Assembly: GCA_016180575.1 (NCBI GenBank)
Contig: JACPAY010000004.1
Location: forward strand, 58,883-122,882
Origin: Candidatus Omnitrophota bacterium
GTDB taxonomy: Bacteria > Omnitrophota > Gorgyraeia > Aquiviventales > Aquiviventaceae
DNA: 64,000 nucleotides
Direction: 5' to 3'
Shown here: positions 9,428-18,231 of the stretch, piece after piece
Layout of the letters: every line of letters starts with the position of its first letter
How positions within the stretch are numbered: the stretch's first letter is position 1
The notes under the pieces: model-generated
What the model saw: only the letters and a program-made list of their open reading frames with translations
Database searches by the model: none
Told to the model about the DNA's origin: nothing
Made by a program: the position numbers and the translations under genes

Positions 9428-10467
9428 CACCGCTTGCTCCGAAGCGGATCCTGGTCATCCGGCTCGACCGGTTGGGGGATGTCGTGCTCTCCACGCCGGT
9501 CCTCCGGGCGCTGCGCGAGCGCTTCCCGCACGCCTTCATCGCCATGCTGGTGCGCCCGCCATGCCGGGACGCCGTGGACGGCCACCCGGCGCTCAACGAG
9601 GTCATCAGCTACGACAAGGAAAGCACCCATCGCGGCCTCCTGGCCACGGTCCGCTTCGCGCGCTCACTGCGCCGGCAGGAGTTCGACACGGCGCTCATCC
9701 TCCATCCGAGCAACCGCTCGCACTGGATTCCCTGGCTCGCCGGCATCCCCGTCCGGATCGGCTACGACCGCAAGTGCGGATGGCTGCTGACCCACCGCCT
9801 CCCGCACCGGAAGCAGGAAGGCGCCAAGCACGAAGCGCTCTACACCCTCGAGCTCCTGGCGCCGCTGGGGATCAGCCCGTCGGATCCGCGGCCCGCGGTG
9901 CCGGTGCGTCCGGACGCTGTCGAGCGGGTCGAGGCACTCCTGACGGCGTCCGCGGTCGGGCCGCAGGAGCGGCTTGTGGCGGTCCACCCCTCGGCGAGCT
10001 GCGTCTCGAAACGGTGGATGCCGGAGCGGTTCGCCGAGGTGGCGGATCGGCTCATCGCTGAGCAGGGGGTCCGGGTGTGTCTCGTGGCGGGGGAGCCTGA
10101 TGCGGGCCACGCGCAGGAGGTCGCGCGGGCCATGCGCCAGCCGGCGCTCAACTTCGCCGGCCGCTTAAGCGTGGCGGAGCTCATCGCGCTGCTTCGCCGC
10201 TGCCGGCTCCTCCTCTCCAACGACTCCGGGCCGGTGCATCTGGCGGCGGCGGTCGGGACGCCCGTCGTGGACATCTTCGGGCGCAATCAAGCCGGGCTCT
10301 CCCCGCAGCGGTGGGGGCCGCTGGGGGAGCTCCACATCGTGCTCCACAAAGAGGTGGGGTGCGTGACGTGCCTGGCGCATAACTGCGACATCGGCTTCCT
10401 CTGCCTGACCTCGTTGAGCGCCGATGAGGTGTATCGCGCCGTGGTCAGCGTCTTGGAGCGTGGATAA
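9400..10467 (+). CDS. GT9 heptosyltransferase-like protein
   Basis: KRILVIRLDRLGDVVLSTPVLRALRERFP... and NDSGPVHLAAAVGTPVVDIFG are GT9-like. ATGs at 9400 and 9421 are in frame. ATGs at 9407 and 9414 open the other two frames. Confidence 0.8.
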   Translation: MSHVSCLMSPPLAPKRILVIRLDRLGDVVLSTPVLRALRERFPHAFIAMLVRPPCRDAVDGHPALNEVISYDKESTHRGLLATVRFARSLRRQEFDTALILHPSNRSHWIPWLAGIPVRIGYDRKCGWLLTHRLPHRKQEGAKHEALYTLELLAPLGISPSDPRPAVPVRPDAVERVEALLTASAVGPQERLVAVHPSASCVSKRWMPERFAEVADRLIAEQGVRVCLVAGEPDAGHAQEVARAMRQPALNFAGRLSVAELIALLRRCRLLLSNDSGPVHLAAAVGTPVVDIFGRNQAGLSPQRWGPLGELHIVLHKEVGCVTCLAHNCDIGFLCLTSLSADEVYRAVVSVLERG

Positions 10468-10468
10468 A

Positions 10469-10511
10469 AAGTACCGGGTACTTTGCCCGCTTTGCGAAGT
10501 ACCCGGTACTT
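10469..10511 (+). terminator. perfect 15-bp-stem hairpin after the GT9 gene (no U-tract)
   Basis: AAGTACCGGGTACTT (10469-10483) pairs with AAGTACCCGGTACTT (10497-10511) across a 13-nt loop. It begins 2 nt after the stop codon at 10465-10467. Confidence 0.45.
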
Positions 10512-10520
10512 CTGTACAAT
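10492..10520 (+). promoter_or_regulatory. putative promoter TTGCGA-17-TACAAT, near-leaderless
   Basis: The -10 TACAAT is at 10515-10520. The ATG of the next gene (10529) starts 8 nt after it. Confidence 0.4.
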
Positions 10521-10528
10521 AGCTAGCC

Positions 10529-11728
10529 ATGCAGCCATCACGCGGCGCCGCCTGGTATCTGGGCTTGAGCCTCATCGGGCTGGGCCTTTCCGGGTATCTC
10601 GTCTTCGTCCACCTCGGGCTCATGCGCGGCGAGCTGCTGGGCGGCACGGCGTGCAGCGCGGCGGGGAGCGCGTTCAACTGCCATGCCGTCGCGTCCGGCC
10701 CCTGGAGCGCCGTCCTCGGCATGCCGCTCGCCCTCTGGGGCGTGCTGGGCTACCTCACCGCCTTTGCGCTGGCGTTGTGGGCGCGGCAGCCCGGGGAGGC
10801 CGCCGCCCACGGGGCCACGCTGCTCTTCCTCCTCGCCGCCCTCTTCGTGGCGATCGACATCGCCCTCTTCACCGTCATGGCCGTCGTCATCCGGGTCTAC
10901 TGCCTCTTCTGCCTGCTGACCTATGCGGTCAACGCGGGGCTGCTCGTCGTCTCGGCGCGGTCGCTGCCGTTTCCGTGGCCGCGCGCCTTCGCCCGCGCCG
11001 GCGCGTCGCTGGGCTGGCTCCTGCCGTCCGCGCGGCGGACGGGCACAGAGTTCTTCTGGGGGCTCCTGCTCGTCAGCGTGCTGGGCGTGACCGCCTTCCA
11101 CCTGGGCACGACGTACGCCGCCCACGGCTCGCTCGCCGGCAGCCGGAAGCAGATCCAAGACTTCATTGCCCACCAGCCGCGCGTGCGCGTGGAGACGGCG
11201 GGCGACCCGTCGGTCGGTCCGGCCGGCGCCCCGCTTGAGCTGGCCGAGTTCAGCGATTTCTTCTGCCCATCCTGCCAGCGCGCGTTCCAGATGAACGCCA
11301 TCGTCCTGGCCACCCACCGGCGCGACCTTCGATTCATCTTCAAGCACTACCCGCTCGACACCGCCTGCAACGGCAAGATCAGCCGCATGGTGCACCCCGG
11401 CGCCTGCCGGGTCGCCGCGGCATCGGAATGCGCGCACCTCCAGGGGAAGTTCTGGCCGTTCCACGATGTGGTCTTCGCCGAGGGCCACCGCTACAATTTG
11501 AACCGGCTGGAAAGCGACGTGCGGCGATTGGGCATGGACCCGACGGCGTTTGAGGCCTGCATGGCGTCCGGGCAGGGGATGGAGGCGGTGAAGCGCGACA
11601 TCGAGGAGGCTGCGAAGCTCAACGTCCAGAGCACGCCGACCTATGTCCTGAACGGGATCGTCATCACCGGCGGCTTCACCCCGTCCGTGTTCGAGGAGTT
11701 CGTGTCCGTCCTCAAGGAATACAAATGA
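10529..11728 (+). CDS. VKOR (vitamin K epoxide reductase) domain fused to a DsbA-like thioredoxin domain
   Basis: The N-terminal membrane part has CSAAGSAFNC and SGPWSAVLGMPLALWGVLGY (VKOR pattern). The C-terminal part has FSDFFCPSCQ (CxxC) and a DsbA-like fold pattern. Confidence 0.85.
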   Translation: MQPSRGAAWYLGLSLIGLGLSGYLVFVHLGLMRGELLGGTACSAAGSAFNCHAVASGPWSAVLGMPLALWGVLGYLTAFALALWARQPGEAAAHGATLLFLLAALFVAIDIALFTVMAVVIRVYCLFCLLTYAVNAGLLVVSARSLPFPWPRAFARAGASLGWLLPSARRTGTEFFWGLLLVSVLGVTAFHLGTTYAAHGSLAGSRKQIQDFIAHQPRVRVETAGDPSVGPAGAPLELAEFSDFFCPSCQRAFQMNAIVLATHRRDLRFIFKHYPLDTACNGKISRMVHPGACRVAAASECAHLQGKFWPFHDVVFAEGHRYNLNRLESDVRRLGMDPTAFEACMASGQGMEAVKRDIEEAAKLNVQSTPTYVLNGIVITGGFTPSVFEEFVSVLKEYK

Positions 11729-11731
11729 GGA

Positions 11732-11782
11732 GACCGGTTCCCTCTTTCCCATCGACCATGGGTAGGAAACAGGGAACCGGTC
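11732..11782. repeat. palindromic element (18-nt arms, 15-nt loop) with a CCGGTTCCCTC core
   Basis: GACCGGTTCCCTCTTTCC (11732-11749) matches the reverse complement of 11765-11782 at 17 of 18 positions. The core recurs around 14337-14390. Confidence 0.75.
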
Positions 11783-11796
11783 CCGGGACTATCGCC

Positions 11797-12261
11797 ATGC
11801 TAAAGCCAGGCGACGCGGCCCCGCCGTTTTCGCTGCAGGCCGGCGATGGGAAGACGGTCGTGCTCTCGGACTTCCGGGGCCGCAAGGTCGTCCTCTATTT
11901 CTATCCGAAAGACGACACGCCGGGCTGCACCCGGGAGGCCTGCGGCTTCCGGGACGCCCTGCCGCGCGCCGCGCGCTCGGGCGCCGTCGTGCTGGGGGTG
12001 AGCCGCGACCCGCTGCCGTCCCACCAGCGGTTTGCGGAGAAGTTCCGCCTGACCTTCCCGCTGCTCAGCGACCCGGACGCGGCGGTCTGCAAGGCCTACG
12101 GCGTCTACAAGCAGAAGTCGCTGTATGGCCGCACGTACTGGGGAATCGAGCGGATGACGTTCCTCATTGACGAGGAGGGCCGGATTGCCCGCATCTTCCC
12201 GCACGTCAAGGTGGATGGCCACGTCGACGCGGTCCTCCAGGCGCTCAAGGGCGCGCCGTAA
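11797..12261 (+). CDS. bcp: thiol peroxidase / peroxiredoxin Bcp
   Basis: MLKPGDAAPPFSL...VVLYFYPKDDTPGCTREAC is the Bcp signature. The start is taken at the internal ATG downstream of the hairpin. Confidence 0.9.
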   Translation: MLKPGDAAPPFSLQAGDGKTVVLSDFRGRKVVLYFYPKDDTPGCTREACGFRDALPRAARSGAVVLGVSRDPLPSHQRFAEKFRLTFPLLSDPDAAVCKAYGVYKQKSLYGRTYWGIERMTFLIDEEGRIARIFPHVKVDGHVDAVLQALKGAP

Positions 12262-12280
12262 GCCGCGCCACCCTCCCTCC

Positions 12281-12865
12281 ATGGCCGCTGACCGGTTCGC
12301 GCAGGTGCTGGACCGGATCGACCAGCTCAACCGCGAGGACCCCACCACCGAGCGCGCGGGCGGGACGGCAGTTCCCCGCGAGCTCCTCTACGCCCAGCGG
12401 CTCACCGACTGGGTGCGCCGCCTCGCCCCCGACGCCTCCGAGGCGCTGCAGATTGCGGCGCGGGGGCAGCATGTCCAGCGCTGGACGATCCCGCGCGAGC
12501 GGTACCCGCGGGGCCGCGCCGGCTACCTGAAGTGGCGCGAGACGCTCAAGGCGTTCCATGCCAAGACCGTCGCCGGGCTCATGCGCGAAGCCGGCTATCC
12601 CGAGGACGCCATCCAACAGGTGGAGCGCATCATGAGCAAGCGGCACCTCGCCGACGACGCTGACTCGCAGACGCTGGAGGATGCCCTGTGCCTGGTCTTC
12701 CTCGAGACGCAATTCGCGGCGCTGCGGGCGAAGACGCCTGATGAGAAGATGCGGGAGGTCCTGCAGAAGACGTGGCAGAAGATGAGCCCGCGGGCGCGGT
12801 CGGAGGCGCTGCAACTGCCGCTCGGCGAGGGAGAGCGATGCCTGCTCAGCGAGGCGTTGCGATAG
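12281..12865 (+). CDS. DUF4202-like protein
   Basis: The translation MAADRFAQVLDRIDQLN...QHVQRWTIPRERYPRGRAGYLKWR...LCLVFLE was recognised as the DUF4202 family pattern. The function is unknown. Confidence 0.65.
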   Translation: MAADRFAQVLDRIDQLNREDPTTERAGGTAVPRELLYAQRLTDWVRRLAPDASEALQIAARGQHVQRWTIPRERYPRGRAGYLKWRETLKAFHAKTVAGLMREAGYPEDAIQQVERIMSKRHLADDADSQTLEDALCLVFLETQFAALRAKTPDEKMREVLQKTWQKMSPRARSEALQLPLGEGERCLLSEALR

Positions 12866-12994
12866 TCTTGTTGCCCCCGTGTGGCCGCGGGTCCTGCCGC
12901 GCCGCCACCCCATCGGCTGTCCTCGGCCTCCTCGGCCTGCGGGCAGGCGATGGGGTCCCCGGCTCCGCGTCACCCGCGGCCAGCGAGGGATTCG

Positions 12995-13648
12995 TCAGGC
13001 CTTCTCGTAAGAGGGACAGAGGGCGCTTCCGAGCGGGCACTCGCGGCACTTGGGCTTCCTGGCGATGCAGATGGTTCGTCCGTGGATGATCATCTGATGG
13101 CCGAAGCGGGTCCACCGCGCTCGGGGAACGAGCGCCATCAGGTCCCGCTCGATCTTGTCCCGGTCGGTTTGGCTCGTCAGGCCGAGGCGCTGGCTGACCC
13201 GCATCACATGGGTGTCGACGACAATGCCCGCCTGGACGCGGAAGGCGTTGCCGAGCACGACGTTCGCCGTCTTGCGGGCGACGCCGGGCAGCTCGAGGAG
13301 GTCCTCCATCCGGTCCGGGACCTTGCCGCCGAACCGGTCCACGAGGAGCCGGCAGGCCCGCTGGATGCTCCGCGCCTTGTTGCGATAGAAGTTGACCCGC
13401 GAAAGGTCCCGCTCGAGGGCCGCAAGGTCCGCCTCGGCGTAGGCCCTGGCGGTCTTGTACTTCTTGAAGACGTCCGGGGTGACCTTGTTGACCAGGGCAT
13501 CGGTGCATTGCGCCGAGAGGATGGTCGCGACGAGCAGCTCGAGCGGGTTGGTGAAGCGGAGGGTGCAGGCGGCGTCGGGATAAGCCTCTTGGAGGCGCTC
13601 CAGGATGCGGTTGATGCGTTGCCTGGCAGGGGGCAGCGAGCGCATCAT
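12995..13648 (-). CDS. nth: endonuclease III
   Basis: HhH motif LPGVARKTANVVL and a C-terminal 4Fe-4S Cys cluster (CIARKPKCRECPLGSALC). This is the only convincing minus-strand gene. Confidence 0.92.
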   Translation of the reverse strand: MMRSLPPARQRINRILERLQEAYPDAACTLRFTNPLELLVATILSAQCTDALVNKVTPDVFKKYKTARAYAEADLAALERDLSRVNFYRNKARSIQRACRLLVDRFGGKVPDRMEDLLELPGVARKTANVVLGNAFRVQAGIVVDTHVMRVSQRLGLTSQTDRDKIERDLMALVPRARWTRFGHQMIIHGRTICIARKPKCRECPLGSALCPSYEKA

Positions 13649-13755
13649 AGCGACATTCTACTAGCTGCGTGACGATTCTGTCATCCAAAAGTCACCATCC
13701 TGTCATCTCCTCAGAGGTAGACTTAACGTGTTGTAGAAAACCCAGGAGGGACAAG

Positions 13756-14319
13756 ATGGCAAGAGAAGAGACAGGGCTCGTGGCGTCGGTCAAGCAGGGG
13801 GTGGTGAGCGCCGTTCAAGGCGCCGGGGATATCGCCAGCGCTGTGGTTGATGCGATCAGCACGACCGTGGCGACCACCATCGGGGGGCTCGGCAACGTCG
13901 CCTCGTCGCTCGTGAGCGCCACAGCGGACGTCGCCCAAGGCACCCTCGAAGCGGTCATGGAAGTCGGGGGTGATCTGGGCTTCGCCGCGAAAGGCATCAT
14001 TCTCGGCGTGCTCCGCGGCGCCAAGAAGGCGGGCGCGGCGACCCTCGAGACGATCAGCCAGACGTCAGGGGCTGTCATCAAGTCCACCGCGGCGGTCGCC
14101 GGCGATGTGGGGACCGCGGCGAAAGGCCTGGTCGAGGGCGCGGTCCAGGGGGCGAGAGAGGTCGGCCTGGATGTGACGGAGGCGGCCTCCGCCGCGGCGA
14201 CGGGAGCCCTCAAGGCGGCCGGGGAGGTTGGATCCGAGGCCGGCACAACAGTCCGCAACGCCCTCACGGGCACCATCGCGGGGGTCAAGGTGGTCCTGAA
14301 AGAACCGTTCAAGAAGTAA
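13756..14319 (+). CDS. hypothetical Ala/Gly/Val-rich repeat protein
   Basis: RBS aggaggg is at 13745-13751, 4 nt before the ATG. A strong terminator follows. The sequence is low-complexity and predicted to be amphipathic helix. Confidence 0.55.
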   Translation: MAREETGLVASVKQGVVSAVQGAGDIASAVVDAISTTVATTIGGLGNVASSLVSATADVAQGTLEAVMEVGGDLGFAAKGIILGVLRGAKKAGAATLETISQTSGAVIKSTAAVAGDVGTAAKGLVEGAVQGAREVGLDVTEAASAAATGALKAAGEVGSEAGTTVRNALTGTIAGVKVVLKEPFKK

Positions 14320-14336
14320 GCCTTGCAAGGAATACT

Positions 14337-14374
14337 GGGTCCGGTTCCGAAAGAGGGAACCGGACCCATTTTTT
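14337..14374 (+). terminator. Rho-independent terminator
   Basis: GGGTCCGGTTCC (14337-14348) pairs with GGAACCGGACCC (14356-14367) across a 7-nt loop. A T6 run follows at 14369-14374. Confidence 0.85.
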
Positions 14375-14394
14375 GGTTCCCTCCTTACGGCCTA

Positions 14395-14423
14395 TTGCAG
14401 GCGGCGGGAAAGCCCGCTACAAT
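14395..14423 (+). promoter_or_regulatory. putative promoter TTGCAG-17-TACAAT
   Basis: The hexamers are at 14395-14400 and 14418-14423, upstream of the PilZ gene. Confidence 0.4.
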
Positions 14424-14449
14424 AGCCTCGTCTGTCCCTCGAATCCTCC

Positions 14450-15031
14450 ATGACCGCCACCGCAGTCACTGAACGTCGGAAGTCCGCGCGTCAGGCGCCC
14501 CCCTCCCGCTTCACCGTGCACCTGCTGCAGGCCAACGGCGCCACCGCCACCGAGGGCGTCAACGTGAGCGAGGGCGGCCTGTGCCTCCGGCTGCGCGAGA
14601 TGCTGGAGGTCCGGTCGCTCGTCCAGCTGCAGGTGACGCCCGGCGACGGCGGGAAGGGGCGGCGGCCGGTCCGGTGCGCGGGCCGGGTCACCTGGGTCAT
14701 GCAGCGGCTGGACCTGCGCGGCACGCCCCCCTTCGTCTTCGATACCGGCATCGAGTTCGTCAATCCGCCGCCCGGTCTGCGGCAGCGTGTCATCCCGGCA
14801 GGCGCAGGGCCGGTGACGCCGGGCCGGACTACCCGGTCGCTGAGGCTGGGGCCCGCCGTGATCCGGGGCCGCGAGTATGTCCCGCGCATTGAGCGCAGCC
14901 CAGGCTCCCCGGCGCGCTGGCATCTGGTCATCCTGGCGGAGGGCGTGCCATGCCTGAGCGAGCATTACCCGTCGGAGCGCGCGGCCCTGGCGGCGTGGAC
15001 CCGGTTCAGGCGCCAGCGGGCGAAACGGTGA
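14450..15031 (+). CDS. PilZ domain protein
   Basis: It carries an RxxxR-type motif (ERRKSAR) and a D/NxSxxG motif (NVSEGGL). Confidence 0.75.
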   Translation: MTATAVTERRKSARQAPPSRFTVHLLQANGATATEGVNVSEGGLCLRLREMLEVRSLVQLQVTPGDGGKGRRPVRCAGRVTWVMQRLDLRGTPPFVFDTGIEFVNPPPGLRQRVIPAGAGPVTPGRTTRSLRLGPAVIRGREYVPRIERSPGSPARWHLVILAEGVPCLSEHYPSERAALAAWTRFRRQRAKR

Positions 15032-15038
15032 GAGGCGC

Positions 15039-15431
15039 ATGATCAAGATCGAGCGGCAGTTTGCGGTGTTCCTCGAGAACCGGCCCGGGATGCTCCTGCG
15101 CACCTGCCAGGCGCTCGCGGCGGCGAAGGTCAACATCCTCGCGCTGTCCATCCTGGACACCGTCGACCACGCGATCGTCCGGATGGTGGTCGACAAGGCC
15201 CCGGAGGCCGAGCAGGTGCTGGAGCGCCTGCACGCCATGGTCCAGCGGCACGACGTCATCGTGATGGACGTGCCCAACACGGCGGGGGCGCTCGCGGGCG
15301 TGGCGGAGCGCCTCGCCGAGGCCGGCATCAATATCGAATACGCCTACTGCACCGCCTCGTCCGGCCAGCCGGCAGGGGCGCTCGTCCTGCGCACCAACGA
15401 CCTGGAAGCCACCATCAATGCGCTCAGCTGA
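15039..15431 (+). CDS. ACT domain protein
   Basis: Two ACT-like repeats are visible (FAVFLENRPGMLLRTCQALAAAKVNI and MDVPNTAGALAGVAERLAEAGINI). Confidence 0.8.
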   Translation: MIKIERQFAVFLENRPGMLLRTCQALAAAKVNILALSILDTVDHAIVRMVVDKAPEAEQVLERLHAMVQRHDVIVMDVPNTAGALAGVAERLAEAGINIEYAYCTASSGQPAGALVLRTNDLEATINALS

Positions 15432-15434
15432 AAT

Positions 15435-15491
15435 CGGGGACAGCCACTAATTTTCTGGAGAACGCCGTGGAAAAATTAGTGGCTGTTCCCG
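15435..15491. repeat. 57-bp palindromic element, copy 2
   Basis: The left arm (15435-15455) is identical to 887-907. The 15-nt loop has an unrelated sequence. The right arm (15471-15491) matches at 19 of 21 positions. The element fills the gap between the ACT gene stop and the next ATG (15493). Confidence 0.85.
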
Positions 15492-15492
15492 G

Positions 15493-16521
15493 ATGAAGGC
15501 GGTCCTCTTCCGCCGGCACGGCGGCCCCGAGGTCCTCGAATACGCTGACGCGCCTGATCCTCCGGTCGAGCCCGGCTCCCTCGTCATCCGGGTCAAAGCC
15601 TGCGCGCTCAATCATCTCGACCTCTGGATCCGGCAGGGGATCCCCGCTTACCGGATTGCGCTGCCGCACATCTCCGGCTGCGACGTGAGCGGCGTGGTGA
15701 AGCGGGTGGGCCCAGGCGTGACGCGCGTGAAGGCCGGCGACCGGGTCGTGCTGGCGCCTGGGATCAGCTGCGGCCGGTGCGAGGCGTGCCGGGCGGGGCA
15801 AGACAACCTGTGCGCCGCCTTTGGCATCCGCGGGGCCGCCATCCCAGGAGGCTATGCGGAGCTGGCCGGCGCGCGCGCGGAGGACGCGATCCCCATTCCG
15901 GAGCGGCTGTCCTTCGAGGACGCGGCGGCGTTTCCGCTGGTGTTCCTGACCGCCTGGCACATGCTCGTGGGGCGGGCCAAGCTCCAGGCGGGCGAATCGG
16001 TGCTCGTCCACGCCGCGGGCAGCGGGGTCGGCCACGCCGCGGTCCAGATCGCGAAGCACCGGAAGGCGATCGTCTACGCGACGGTGGGCTCGGAGGCCAA
16101 GGTTCCGAAGGCGAAGGCGCTCGGGGCGGATACGGTGATCAACTACCGGCAGGATGACTTTGAGGCGCGCGTGAAGTCGCTCACCGGCGGCCGCGGCGTG
16201 GACGTGGTGTTCGACCACATCGGCCCCGACATCTGGGAGCGCAACCTGCGCCTGCTGGCCAAGGGCGGCCGCCTGGTGACCTGCGGCTCGACCAGCGGGC
16301 CCAGCGTGACGCTCGACCTGCGGTACGTCTTCTCGCGCCAGCTCTCGCTGTTGGGGTCCATGATGGGCACGCGCGCGGAGCTGGATGAGGTGGCGCGGCT
16401 CGTCATGGACGGGACGCTCCGGCCTCTGGTCGATGCGGTCTTCCCGCTGCGCGAGGCCCGGCAGGCCCAGGAGCGGATGGAAGCTCGAGACGTGTTCGGC
16501 AAGTTGGTGCTGGTGCCGTGA
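15493..16521 (+). CDS. zinc-type alcohol dehydrogenase / quinone oxidoreductase (MDR family)
   Basis: Shows the GroES-like N-terminal part, the Rossmann motif HAAGSGVGHAAVQIA, and overall MDR-family sequence. Confidence 0.85.
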   Translation: MKAVLFRRHGGPEVLEYADAPDPPVEPGSLVIRVKACALNHLDLWIRQGIPAYRIALPHISGCDVSGVVKRVGPGVTRVKAGDRVVLAPGISCGRCEACRAGQDNLCAAFGIRGAAIPGGYAELAGARAEDAIPIPERLSFEDAAAFPLVFLTAWHMLVGRAKLQAGESVLVHAAGSGVGHAAVQIAKHRKAIVYATVGSEAKVPKAKALGADTVINYRQDDFEARVKSLTGGRGVDVVFDHIGPDIWERNLRLLAKGGRLVTCGSTSGPSVTLDLRYVFSRQLSLLGSMMGTRAELDEVARLVMDGTLRPLVDAVFPLREARQAQERMEARDVFGKLVLVP

Positions 16522-16543
16522 GGGAACGCAAGCAGGAGGCGCG

Positions 16544-17167
16544 ATGGCGTTTCGATTGATCCCGAAGGAGGAGTCGTTCTTTGACCTGTTCGAGCAGTCG
16601 GCGAACATCCTGTTGAGCGCCGCCGGCCTGCTGGTCGAGGCGACCGAGCGCTTTGAGACGCTGCCGGAGAACGCCAAGCGGCTGGAGCGGCTGGAGCACG
16701 ACGGCGACCAGATCACCCACGACATCATGGCGCGCCTCAACCGCACCTTCATCACCCCCATCGACCGGGAGGACGTCCATCGGCTCGCCTCGGCGCTCGA
16801 CGACGTCCTCGACCTCATCGAGGCCTCGACGGAGCGGTTCGTCCTGTTCAAGATCCCCGCGATCCTGCCGCAGGCCAAGGAGATCGCGCGCGTCATCCAG
16901 CAGCAGGTCCAGGAGATCCATCGCGTGATCCCGAAGCTGCGCCACATGCGCCATGCGTCCATCATGGAGCACTGCATCGAGATCAACCGGCTGGAGAACG
17001 TGGGGGACCGCCTCCTCCGCGACGCGTTCGCCGCGCTGTTCGACGGCGCCCCGGACCCCATCACCGTCATCAAGTGGCGGGAGCTCTACGAGCTACTGGA
17101 GTCGGCGACGGATAAGTGCGAGGACGTGGCCGTCGCGATCGAAAGCATCGTCCTCAAGAACGCCTGA
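16544..17167 (+). CDS. DUF47 / PhoU-like phosphate transport regulator
   Basis: MAFRLIPKEESFFDLFEQ...EHDGDQITHDI...PIDREDVHRLASALDDVLD is the DUF47 pattern. It is paired with a PiT transporter. Confidence 0.85.
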   Translation: MAFRLIPKEESFFDLFEQSANILLSAAGLLVEATERFETLPENAKRLERLEHDGDQITHDIMARLNRTFITPIDREDVHRLASALDDVLDLIEASTERFVLFKIPAILPQAKEIARVIQQQVQEIHRVIPKLRHMRHASIMEHCIEINRLENVGDRLLRDAFAALFDGAPDPITVIKWRELYELLESATDKCEDVAVAIESIVLKNA

Positions 17168-17177
17168 CGGGCCACCG

Positions 17178-18170
17178 ATGGCGCTCTCGCCGACCCTGCT
17201 CGTCGTCCTCGGGCTCGTCCTCGCCGCGGAGTTCGTCAACGGCTGGACCGATGCCCCGAACGCCATCGCCACCGTCGTCTCCACCCGGGTCCTCTCCCCC
17301 ACCCGCGCCCTGATCCTCGCCACCCTCCTCAACATCGTCGGGGCGCTGTTCGGCACGGCGGTCGCCGCGACGATCGGGAAGGGCATCGTCAGCCCGGACG
17401 CCATCACCATCTACACGGTGGGCGCGGCCATGGTGGGGATCGTCTTCTGGAGCACCCTCGCCTGGTACTACGGCCTGCCGACCAGCGAGTCCCACGCGCT
17501 CATCGCCGGCCTCACCGGAGCCGGGCTGGCCACCGCCGGGCCGCAGGCGCTGCTCTGGAGCGGCTGGCAGAAGGTGCTGATCGGCCTCGCCTTTTCCACG
17601 TTCCTCGGATTTTTCGGGGGGCTCTTGCTGATGGCGATCCTCTACCGCGTCTTTCGCCGCGAGAGCCCGGCGACGGTCCGCCGGCTGTTCGGGAAGCTCC
17701 AGATCCTCTCGGCGGCGTTCATGGCGTTCAGCCACGGCTCGAACGACGGACAGAAGTTCATCGGGACCTTCACCCTGGTCCTGCTGCTGGGCGGGCTGAT
17801 CCCGGAGTTCCACGTCCAGGCGTGGGTCATCCTGCTCTGCGCCGGCGTCATGGGCGTCGGCACCGCGGTCGGCGGCTGGCGCATCGTGCGGACGATGGGG
17901 CTGCGGCTGACGAAGCTCGATCCCGTCCACGGCTTCGCGGCCGAGACGGGCGCGGCCGCCACCATCGTCCTGGCCTCAGCCTTCGGCATCCCGCTCAGCA
18001 CCACCCACACCATCAACACCGCCATCATGGGGGTCGGCTCGACCCGCCGGTTCTCGGCGGTCCGCTGGGGGGTCAGCCGGAACATCGTGACCGCCTGGGT
18101 GCTGACCTTTCCGGTGTGCGGCCTGATCGCCTGGGCGGCCGCCAAGCTCTCCCTCCTCGTCCTGCGCTAG
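17178..18170 (+). CDS. inorganic phosphate transporter, PiT family
   Basis: Carries EFVNGWTDAPNAIATVVSTR and a second GSNDGQK motif. It is polytopic. Confidence 0.9.
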   Translation: MALSPTLLVVLGLVLAAEFVNGWTDAPNAIATVVSTRVLSPTRALILATLLNIVGALFGTAVAATIGKGIVSPDAITIYTVGAAMVGIVFWSTLAWYYGLPTSESHALIAGLTGAGLATAGPQALLWSGWQKVLIGLAFSTFLGFFGGLLLMAILYRVFRRESPATVRRLFGKLQILSAAFMAFSHGSNDGQKFIGTFTLVLLLGGLIPEFHVQAWVILLCAGVMGVGTAVGGWRIVRTMGLRLTKLDPVHGFAAETGAAATIVLASAFGIPLSTTHTINTAIMGVGSTRRFSAVRWGVSRNIVTAWVLTFPVCGLIAWAAAKLSLLVLR

Positions 18171-18190
18171 CCTGGCAACCCGCCCGCCCC

Positions 18191-18207
18191 ATCAGGCATA
18201 CTTAGGG
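18191..18207 (+). promoter_or_regulatory. conserved motif ATCAGGCATACTTAGGG upstream of pseudopilin module 1
   Basis: It matches 20588-20604 at 16 of 17 positions and lies 25 nt upstream of the ATG at 18232. Confidence 0.35.
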
Positions 18208-18231
18208 TAGCCAACCGAAAAGAGGGGCGCG

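Noticed and set aside
18195-18208. A sigma-54 promoter call for the first copy of the ATCAGGCATACTTA box.
   Set aside because: The -12 position reads GT rather than the near-invariant GC. Only the second copy (20592-20605) fits GG-N10-GC, so the sigma-54 interpretation is kept as a hypothesis only.
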